This document shows, in pieces, positions 47,744 through 55,590 of a DNA stretch of 64,000 nucleotides. Both the position numbers and the translations under genes were made by a program. Numbering within the stretch: position 1 is the first letter of the stretch; each line of letters begins with the position of its first letter. The notes beneath the pieces are model-generated. The model made no database searches and was not told the origin of the DNA. It worked only from the letters and a program-made list of their open reading frames with translations. This DNA comes from Pyrinomonadaceae bacterium. Its GTDB lineage: Bacteria; Acidobacteriota; Blastocatellia; Pyrinomonadales; Pyrinomonadaceae. The stretch lies in assembly GCA_046262835.1 (NCBI GenBank), contig JBHELZ010000004.1, forward strand, positions 110,336 to 174,335, given 5' to 3'.

Positions 47744-48892
47744 ATGCCTGGATATATTTTCGGTCTGAATAGCCTTGACTCACTGCTCTTGTATACGCGG
47801 AATGGCGTTTATGCCACGAGGCTCTCCGAACCGAATGGCTCATGGAGGGGTCACCACGAAGGCACGTTCGCAGATTACGCCACCATGAAGGCCGGGGACA
47901 ATATTTATTTCTTTATTCAACGAAAAATCTACGGCCTTGGAAAGCTAATTAACGTCGGACCGGACTGTAAATACTTCAACTTTCCCGGCGCTAGCCTTCC
48001 TCATTCGTTCGCATACCAGTCGGTTAGACAAAACATTCTTTGGGATGAAGGCGCGATTAGTGTCAATCAACGCTGCGTCTGTTTTTTCGAGCCTGATCCC
48101 CATTTCTTCGCCTCCGGCGTTGATATGGATGACGTTTTGTCCTCGAACCCAGAGGCATTCAAGATGCTGCGAGTTTTTTGGAAGCTTTCCTTCATAAAAT
48201 TTGATGACCATGAGAATCAAGCCTTCCGCGACGTCCTTCTGAAACGAAACCAACGGGTGTTGGTATCAGTGGGACCCGAGGACGCTTTTGATTTCCGACC
48301 ATCTCGTAAAGGAATTCTCCAGCGGCTGACAACTCAACACTTATTTGTCGAGGGCATGACGAATGTTTTGTCGGCGTGTGCGGATGGCGACCAACTGAAG
48401 CACGAGATGGCAATCGAAACCGGTATTATTCATCAGCTTTCCGTTCGCGATGATCACACTTGTGATATTTTCGGCGACTGGGATTACATTTCACATCAAG
48501 TAGTCGCGTCACCCTTCAAGCCCGTCGATTACATGGACAAGATGGACTTGTTTGGCTATGCGTACGTTTCAGGTTTCAAGCCAACTAAAGGCCGCTTCCT
48601 TGTTTGCGAGATCAAGCGAGGCGTTGCGAGGCCCGAAGACATCAATCAATTGATGAAATATGTTGACTGGGTGAAGGATGAATACTGCCACGGAGACTAT
48701 TCAATGATTAGAGCATTCTTTGTTGCCCATGACTTCGAAGAAGGTACATTCGATCATAAGTTGGCAGTTGGGTTGCGGAAGTACACGGTTGGTGTGAGGC
48801 CGGCAAGGTCGCTCGAATGGGACGCCGTGAAACTCTTGAGATATACCTTTAATGGCTCTTCAAGTCGGATTGAATTCACTGTGCTAGCTTGA
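47744..48892 (+). CDS. putative nuclease: PUA/EVE-like N-terminal domain + NucS/DUF91-like PD-(D/E)XK C-terminal domain
   Basis: 382 aa, 9 nt after the methylase stop. C-terminus DKMDLFGYAY...GRFLVCEIKRGVARPEDINQLMKYVDWV fits D...E-x-K plus the Q..kY helix of NucS-like nucleases. N-terminus GYIFGLN...MKAGDNIYFFIQRKIYGLGKL resembles PUA-like (EVE/ASCH) folds, but that is the weaker call. Confidence 0.55.
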   Translation: MPGYIFGLNSLDSLLLYTRNGVYATRLSEPNGSWRGHHEGTFADYATMKAGDNIYFFIQRKIYGLGKLINVGPDCKYFNFPGASLPHSFAYQSVRQNILWDEGAISVNQRCVCFFEPDPHFFASGVDMDDVLSSNPEAFKMLRVFWKLSFIKFDDHENQAFRDVLLKRNQRVLVSVGPEDAFDFRPSRKGILQRLTTQHLFVEGMTNVLSACADGDQLKHEMAIETGIIHQLSVRDDHTCDIFGDWDYISHQVVASPFKPVDYMDKMDLFGYAYVSGFKPTKGRFLVCEIKRGVARPEDINQLMKYVDWVKDEYCHGDYSMIRAFFVAHDFEEGTFDHKLAVGLRKYTVGVRPARSLEWDAVKLLRYTFNGSSSRIEFTVLA

Positions 48893-48901
48893 ACCTTTGC
48901 G

Positions 48902-50050
48902 TTGAATAAATTCCAACCACCACCATTCCTGCGCGGCATTGAAAAGAGCATGATTCGAAAGATTTCGGATCGCGCGAAGCCCGGCAGCATCAGTCTTGGA
49001 CTCGGCGAACCTGATCTGCCGACGCCGGAAGTGATTATTCGTGAAGCCGTGCGGGTCATCCAGGAAGAGAAAAGCGGCTACACCCTGCAGGCCGGCATTC
49101 CGGCTTTGCGCGAACGAATTGCGGGCGATTACCCGCACATGAACCTGAATCTCGATGAAGTGATCGTCACTGCCGGATCGCAGGAGTCGCTTTACTTGAT
49201 TTTACGCACGTTAGTCGAGGCAGGCGACGAAGTGCTGATACCGGATCCAGGCTTTATTGCCTATCCGATGATCCTGAAAATGATCGGCGCGAAAATGGTC
49301 ACTTACCGGCTGCCCGCCAGGGATAATTTTAGTTTTGATCTCGAGGACTTCAGGAAACAGATTACTTCAAAGACTAAAGTCGTTATCTGTATCAGTCCTT
49401 CGAATCCCACCGGACGCGCGCTGTCAAACGACGAGTTGCAGGCGATGGCCGATGCCGTTACGGGCAGCGGCTCAAACGCTTTTATCGTCAGCGACGAGAT
49501 TTATCGCGAACTTTATTACACGCCGAAACGTCCGGCTTCGATCTCGGAATTCTATCCGCGCACAATCATTGTGAGCGGACTGTCCAAATCAATGCGCATG
49601 ACCGGTTGGCGAATTGGTTGGCTCGCCGGTGACCAGGCGGTAATGCGGGCGGCCCTGGTGCTGCATGGATATGTGGTCACATGTGCTTCCGGCATTTCCC
49701 AAAAAGCAGCCCTCGCCGCATGGACTGACGAAGCGGCGGCAGCACGCGTAGACTACCGCGCCATCTTTCACCGGCGGCGCGATCACCTGCTCAACTTATT
49801 GCGCGACGAATTAGGGTTAAGGTGCGTCGCGCCGGACGGCGCGTTCTACACCATGGTTGATGTAAGCCGCTATGGCGATGATTTAAAAGTTGCCGAAGCC
49901 GGCCTCGAGCAAGGCGTGGTTACCATACCTGCCTCGGCCTTTGGCGATCAGGGCAAAGGATTCGTGCGGATATCGTTTTGTGCTGATGAAGAGAAATTGA
50001 GCGAAGGCGTACGTCGATTGGGGCAGGCGCTCGAGTCGTTAAAGGCCTGA
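48902..50050 (+). CDS. class I PLP aminotransferase (aspartate/DapC-like)
   Basis: TTG start. ISLGLGEPDLPTP, PSNPTG, SGLSKSMRMTGWRIGW. Lies between the DAP genes and asd. Confidence 0.8.
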   Translation: MNKFQPPPFLRGIEKSMIRKISDRAKPGSISLGLGEPDLPTPEVIIREAVRVIQEEKSGYTLQAGIPALRERIAGDYPHMNLNLDEVIVTAGSQESLYLILRTLVEAGDEVLIPDPGFIAYPMILKMIGAKMVTYRLPARDNFSFDLEDFRKQITSKTKVVICISPSNPTGRALSNDELQAMADAVTGSGSNAFIVSDEIYRELYYTPKRPASISEFYPRTIIVSGLSKSMRMTGWRIGWLAGDQAVMRAALVLHGYVVTCASGISQKAALAAWTDEAAAARVDYRAIFHRRRDHLLNLLRDELGLRCVAPDGAFYTMVDVSRYGDDLKVAEAGLEQGVVTIPASAFGDQGKGFVRISFCADEEKLSEGVRRLGQALESLKA

Positions 50051-50121
50051 TTTTGTTTAGCGGCGAATGAGCCCGCCGAAATACGATGAAGAAAGGCGGG
50101 CGGTAGGCTGCCTCCAAGCAG

Positions 50122-51183
50122 ATGGTAAACAAGAGATTTCGTGTTGGCATTCTCGGAGCCACCGGCGTGGTGGGCCAGCGATTCATTCAACTGCTCGAAG
50201 ATCATCCCGAATTCGAAATAACCGCCCTCGCCGCATCCGATCGCTCGCAAGGAAAGCCCTTCGCGCACGCTTGTACCTGGCGTTTGCCTGGCGACATGCC
50301 TGAACGTGTCAAACAGATCGCCGTGCAAAGGCCGGAGCCCCCGCTGGATTGCGATCTTGTTTTTTCGAGTTTGCCGGGCGAGATAGCAAAAGGAGCGGAA
50401 GAAGAATTCGCGGCCGCCGGTTATCCCGTGATCAGCAATTCTTCTTCGCATCGAATGAGCGCGGACGTGCCTTTACTGATTCCCGAAGTAAACGCAGACC
50501 ACATAGCGCTAATCGACGTCCAGCGAAAGAACCGCGGCTTTGAACGCGGATTCATTGTCACCAATCCAAACTGTTCGGCAATCGTGATCGTCATGGCCCT
50601 GGCTCCGCTGCACGTGAAATTCGGCGTTACGTCCTGCGTAATCACCACGATGCAAGCTCTCTCCGGGGCCGGATATCCCGGAGTTGCCTCGCTGGACGCC
50701 ACCGACAATGTGATTCCATTTATCGAAGGCGAGGAAGAGAAGATTGAAGCGGAGACGTTGAAGCTGCTCGGCAGCTTTCAAAACGGCAGTATTGAAGAAC
50801 CAGACATGGCGGTCAGCGCACAATGTAATCGCGTGAATGTGAGCGACGGTCACATGGCATCAATCCGGGTGAAGCTCGCGCGAACGGCTTCCGCGACGGA
50901 AATTCGCGAAGTGCTGGCTTCATTCACCTCCGCGCCGCAGCAACTAAAACTTCACTCAGCGCCTGAAAGGCCAATCATAGTTAGAAGCGAAAATGACCGT
51001 CCTCAACCGCGGCTCGATCGCGACTCGGGAAATGGCATGAGTGTAACGGTCGGGCGCATTAACACGGACCCGGTGTTTGATTATCGATTCGTCGCCCTGG
51101 GCCACAACACCATTCGCGGTGCGGCAGGAGCGGCAATCCTTAATTCGGAATTGTTAGCGGCGAGGGGATACCTGGTGCAGTAA
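50122..51183 (+). CDS. asd: aspartate-semialdehyde dehydrogenase
   Basis: 353 aa. VGILGATGVVGQ, active-site NPNCSAI, SGAGY. Confidence 0.9.
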   Translation: MVNKRFRVGILGATGVVGQRFIQLLEDHPEFEITALAASDRSQGKPFAHACTWRLPGDMPERVKQIAVQRPEPPLDCDLVFSSLPGEIAKGAEEEFAAAGYPVISNSSSHRMSADVPLLIPEVNADHIALIDVQRKNRGFERGFIVTNPNCSAIVIVMALAPLHVKFGVTSCVITTMQALSGAGYPGVASLDATDNVIPFIEGEEEKIEAETLKLLGSFQNGSIEEPDMAVSAQCNRVNVSDGHMASIRVKLARTASATEIREVLASFTSAPQQLKLHSAPERPIIVRSENDRPQPRLDRDSGNGMSVTVGRINTDPVFDYRFVALGHNTIRGAAGAAILNSELLAARGYLVQ

Positions 51184-51253
51184 CGCGGTCCAGTTGTTAC
51201 TGGTCCGCTTCCCATTCTACTTCCCCACCTTCTGAAACAAGGCGCTTTCGCTA

Positions 51254-51706
51254 ATGACTTCAATCGCCCTCATATGTACCGCGAATCGCTGCCGGAGCGT
51301 GATGGCCCACGCGATCCTCGTTGACGAAACGCAGAAACGAAACTTGCCGATTGAGGTCTATTCGGCCGGAGTTCTCGATTTCTCAGACCAGCCGCAGCTG
51401 AAAGATACTCTGATGACGTGTCTGAGGAACAACACCTTAGCTCCGCCGGAATCACCAACCTGGGTTGGCGAACTGCCGCTTGATGAAATCGATCGGTTTC
51501 TGGTGATGGAGCAATTTCACGCCGATGCGCTGACAAGAGATTTCGGTATCTCACCCGATCGCATCAGTTTCCTGGGATCCTTTGATCCGCAATGCCGCGG
51601 CGCTGAGATTGCCGATCCTTTCGGCCTCGGTGAGGCCGTCTATGAGCGCCAGTATCAGTTGATTCGCGACTGCATCGTTGGTTATCTGGAGCAGTCAAGG
51701 AATTGA
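51254..51706 (+). CDS. low-molecular-weight protein-tyrosine phosphatase family protein
   Basis: 150 aa. CTANRCRS (C-x5-R-S P-loop) at the N-terminus. Confidence 0.8.
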   Translation: MTSIALICTANRCRSVMAHAILVDETQKRNLPIEVYSAGVLDFSDQPQLKDTLMTCLRNNTLAPPESPTWVGELPLDEIDRFLVMEQFHADALTRDFGISPDRISFLGSFDPQCRGAEIADPFGLGEAVYERQYQLIRDCIVGYLEQSRN

Positions 51707-51785
51707 AGTAACCATGCGTCGTGATCTCCTATCAGAAGCGCAACCGTGAGGGAGGGCGACCCTGTTTAGATGTCTTCGCTAACGG

Positions 51786-52475
51786 TCAGGCTTTCGACAT
51801 TACCCAATCAGTGATCACGGCCTTCAATTCACCCAAATGATCTTCGAAAAAATGACCCGCGCCTTTAATGATCTTGAGTTGCGCCGGGGGTTTGATCTTC
51901 GCGACCAGCTCGCGCAACCGATCGACATTGCCATATTCATCATGCTCGCCCTGCACGAACAGAAGAGGCTTGCAAACGTTCTCGATAAAGGTGAAATCAT
52001 ATTTATCAATCGGCGTGCCGATGCTGATCAGTCGCGTAACGCGATCGTCTTTCATCCCGACTTCCAAACCCACGCGAGCTCCAAATGAAAATCCGCAGAG
52101 GGTAATTTTCTCGGCCGGATAATTCTCTGATAGGTAATTCAATCCGGCGCGCGCGTCTTCTTGCTCACCTCGTCCTTCGTCATGCTCACCCGTACTTTGC
52201 CCGACCCCACGAAAATTAATTCGGAGGACGATCAATCCCGCATCATTTAACGCCGCCGCCGCGCGAAACACGACTTTGTTATGCATTGTTCCGCCGCCCA
52301 ATGGGTGTGGATGCAAAACCAGCGCGACGCCCCGAATGGGAATGCGCGGCTCCTTCAGGATGGCTTCGAGGCGGCCATGCTGAATCGGAATGAAAAGATT
52401 GCCTGCAGGATACATCAATCCAGGATTGTCGAGCTTGAATTTGCCCATTGTCAAAGAGCTGCTCGCCGCTATCAT
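51786..52475 (-). CDS. alpha/beta hydrolase
   Basis: VALVLHPHPLGGGTMHNKVV and nucleophile elbow GFSFGA. About 220 aa. Confidence 0.7.
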   Translation of the reverse strand: MIAASSSLTMGKFKLDNPGLMYPAGNLFIPIQHGRLEAILKEPRIPIRGVALVLHPHPLGGGTMHNKVVFRAAAALNDAGLIVLRINFRGVGQSTGEHDEGRGEQEDARAGLNYLSENYPAEKITLCGFSFGARVGLEVGMKDDRVTRLISIGTPIDKYDFTFIENVCKPLLFVQGEHDEYGNVDRLRELVAKIKPPAQLKIIKGAGHFFEDHLGELKAVITDWVMSKA

Positions 52476-52596
52476 TCAGAGAGGGATCCTGTTGAGTATC
52501 TGCGGGTGGACGTTCTATTGTCGATATCCGCGAGTTCAAAAACTGGCCCGTGAATTGACTCACGATTGAGAAAAGGATTAGCTTTTCCACTACCGC

Positions 52597-55587
52597 ATGG
52601 ACACCTCCAATTCGAACAAAGCAGAAGTCCCGACGACAGAGTCGAGCAAGATTTCCCGCGTCATCGCCGAAACCGCCTCGGACGCGATTATCACCATCGA
52701 CGAACACAGCACCATGTTATTCGCGAATGCTGCCACCGAAAGGATTTTCGGCTACGCACAAGCTGAACTGATCGGACAATCGCTGACAATGCTGATGCCC
52801 GAACATCTCAGGCAGCTTCATCGCTTTGGTCTTGCGCGATATCTCGCCACCGGACACCGCCACATAGATTGGCAGGCAGTTCCATTGACCGGGATCCGCA
52901 AGGACGGTTCCGAAGTACCGCTCGAGGTTTCATTTGGCGAATTCACTGAAGACGGCCGGCGTTTCTTTGCCGGTATCGCGCGCGACGTCACAGAGGGAAA
53001 GCAGGCCCAGGAATCCCTGAAACGCAACGAAGAGCGTTTTCGATCGCTGATAGAAAATGCCACAGATATTATTACCGTGCTCAATCGGGACGGGACCAGG
53101 CGTTACGTCAGTCCGTCGGTTCAGCGCTCGCTCGGTTACGAGCCTCAGGAGTTGATTGGAAAGAATCCATTTGACTTGGTGCACCCTGACGACGCGCCAG
53201 AGCTGCAGAAGTTGTTTGCCGCCGGACTGACCCATCCCGGCTATATAGTCAGCAAAGAGTTTCGCATTAAACATAAGGATGGATCATGGAAAACCCACGA
53301 AGCTACCGCGCACAACTTGCTGGATGATCCGGCCCTGGGGGGGATAGTCATAAATTCGCGTGACATTACTGCGCGCAACCGAATGGAACGCCGGTTGACG
53401 GTACAGTACGAAGCGGCACGCATTCTGGCGGCAGCCGAATCGCTCTGCAACGCGGCTCCCGAGCTCATGCAGGCAATGTGCGAGAGTCTGGGATGGGATC
53501 TGGGACAACTGTGGATCGCCGACCGCGAAACGAACAAATTGCGCTGGCTCGCAAGCTGGCAAGTAGATTCGCCGGGCGCAAACGATTTGGCTGCCGCTAG
53601 TCGCGGGCTCGTTTTCAGTCGCGGGATTGGGTTACCGGGGAGGATTTGGGCCCACGGGATGTCGCAGTGGATCCACGATATTGCTGAAGATTTCAATTTC
53701 CCGCGCCGTGAGACGGCTTTGCAGGCGGACCTGCATTCAGCGTTCGGATTTCCGATTAATTTGGGAGACGAGGTTTCCGGCGTGATGGAATTCTTCTCCC
53801 ACGAACTTCAATCGTCGGACCAGTCACTCCTTGATGTCATGACCGGCATTGGGAACCAGATCGGCCAATTCCTCGAGCGCGAGCGCGTCGAAGCAGAACG
53901 ATCGAAATTATATGAACGCGAACAGCGCGCGCGCCTCGAGCTTGAAGCAACAATGGAACGGATGCGCCAGGTGCAGAAAGTTACCGAGGTCGCCCTGGCC
54001 CATCTTTCACTTGACAAGTTGCTGGCCGAGCTTCTCGATCGAGTGCGCGATGCCGTGGACGTAGATACCGTGGTGATTATGCTGCTCGAAGAGAGCAACG
54101 AACTTGTCGCGTGGGCCACGAAGGGTCTGGAACTTGATGTCACGATCCACGTGCCGGTCGGCGCCGGTTTTGCCGGCCGGGTGGCGGAACGAAAAGCACC
54201 GATAGCAATCGACAACATTGAAGAGGCAGATCTGCACACGCCCTTCTTGCGCGAGCATGGCGTCAAGTCATTGCTCGGCGTCCCGCTCCTGCTTGAAGGG
54301 CGCGTGCTCGGTATCATTCACGTGGGCCGGCTGGCTCTTCGCCCATTTACTGATGCCGACACCCGACTCTTAGAGCTGGTCGCCTTCCGCGTCGCCCTGG
54401 CAATTGATAACGCGCGCCTGTTTGAAGAAGAGCGCGCTGCGCGACGTGATGCTGAAGCGGCAAGTCGCGCGAAGGACGAATTCTTAACCACTATTTCTCA
54501 TGAGCTGCGCACGCCGCTGACGCCGATCATTGGCTGGATTCATATGATCCGGAACGACCTCCTGCCACCGGAGGAAGCGGCGCACGGGCTGCAAATAATT
54601 GATAAGAATTCGCATGCGCTGAAGCGTTTGATAAACGATCTGCTCGATATGTCAGCGATTCTCAGCGGCAAGATGCGCATGGAGCAAAAACCGCTCCTGC
54701 TTGAGGAAGTGGTTCGTGAAGCCGTCGAAGTGGTTCGCACTGAATCGGCTACGAGGGAGGTCCGTCTTGAAATCACCGCGAGCAATTCCCATGACCCGGT
54801 CGTCACGGGTGACCGGTCGCGTCTGGTCCAGGCGTTTTCAAACGTGCTCGACAATGCGATTAAGTTTTCGCGGCCTGGCGGCCGGGTAAAGATTATTTGC
54901 CAAGATCAGGAAGATAAGGCCATTGTTCGCGTCGAAGATGAGGGCGAGGGCATCAGTTCCGAATTTTTGCCGTTCGTCTTTGAACGATTTCGACAAGAGG
55001 ATGGATCGAAGACCCGCGCCCATGGAGGTCTGGGGTTGGGTTTGGCGCTGGTTAAGAGTTTCGTTGAGGCGCATGACGGCGCTGTTGAGGCAGCTAGTGC
55101 CGGGCAAGGCCGCGGCAGCAGGTTCACGATCACACTGCCTCGCAGCGAAAGCGCCGCTGCGGTCTCATCGCAAACAGCTACTGACACCGGCGCGCGGGCG
55201 CTGCCGGCTCACCTGATGATTGTCGAAGACGATGCTGACACTTTAGAAATGCTGCGTACGACGTTAGAGGCAAAGGGGTTTAAAGTAACGACGTGCGAAT
55301 CGGGGGCCGAGGCGCTGAGTATCGCGCCGCACAAGTCGGTGGATCTGATTGTGTCGGACATCGGCATGCCTGAGATGGATGGCTTGGAAATGATCAGAAA
55401 ATTGCGGGAAATCGATGAGTACAAAGCGATCCCCGCAATTGCGCTCACCGGTTATGCTTCCAATCAGGACGCGAAGTCGGCCGTGGCCGCAGGCTTTAGT
55501 ACTCATATCTCGAAGCCCGTAGATCCGGCCGAGCTTTTGAAGATGATAAATCAATTAATTCAAAAAGGGTTGAGCAACCGCGAATGA
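52597..55587 (+). CDS. hybrid sensor histidine kinase (PAS-PAS-GAF-GAF-HisKA-HATPase-REC)
   Basis: 996 aa. H-box SHELRTPLTPI, N/G boxes DNAIKFS and GGLGLGLALV, C-terminal receiver MIVEDDADT...VSDIGMPEMDG...K. The PAS/GAF assignment comes from sequence patterns such as ITARNRMERRL linkers. Confidence 0.85.
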   Translation: MDTSNSNKAEVPTTESSKISRVIAETASDAIITIDEHSTMLFANAATERIFGYAQAELIGQSLTMLMPEHLRQLHRFGLARYLATGHRHIDWQAVPLTGIRKDGSEVPLEVSFGEFTEDGRRFFAGIARDVTEGKQAQESLKRNEERFRSLIENATDIITVLNRDGTRRYVSPSVQRSLGYEPQELIGKNPFDLVHPDDAPELQKLFAAGLTHPGYIVSKEFRIKHKDGSWKTHEATAHNLLDDPALGGIVINSRDITARNRMERRLTVQYEAARILAAAESLCNAAPELMQAMCESLGWDLGQLWIADRETNKLRWLASWQVDSPGANDLAAASRGLVFSRGIGLPGRIWAHGMSQWIHDIAEDFNFPRRETALQADLHSAFGFPINLGDEVSGVMEFFSHELQSSDQSLLDVMTGIGNQIGQFLERERVEAERSKLYEREQRARLELEATMERMRQVQKVTEVALAHLSLDKLLAELLDRVRDAVDVDTVVIMLLEESNELVAWATKGLELDVTIHVPVGAGFAGRVAERKAPIAIDNIEEADLHTPFLREHGVKSLLGVPLLLEGRVLGIIHVGRLALRPFTDADTRLLELVAFRVALAIDNARLFEEERAARRDAEAASRAKDEFLTTISHELRTPLTPIIGWIHMIRNDLLPPEEAAHGLQIIDKNSHALKRLINDLLDMSAILSGKMRMEQKPLLLEEVVREAVEVVRTESATREVRLEITASNSHDPVVTGDRSRLVQAFSNVLDNAIKFSRPGGRVKIICQDQEDKAIVRVEDEGEGISSEFLPFVFERFRQEDGSKTRAHGGLGLGLALVKSFVEAHDGAVEAASAGQGRGSRFTITLPRSESAAAVSSQTATDTGARALPAHLMIVEDDADTLEMLRTTLEAKGFKVTTCESGAEALSIAPHKSVDLIVSDIGMPEMDGLEMIRKLREIDEYKAIPAIALTGYASNQDAKSAVAAGFSTHISKPVDPAELLKMINQLIQKGLSNRE

Positions 55588-55590
55588 GTC

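Noticed and set aside
51185-51210. Hairpin gcggtccag-ttgtta-ctggtccgc after asd as a terminator
   Set aside because: The stem has a central T.T mismatch and the following tract is only ttccc, which is too weak to list as a feature.
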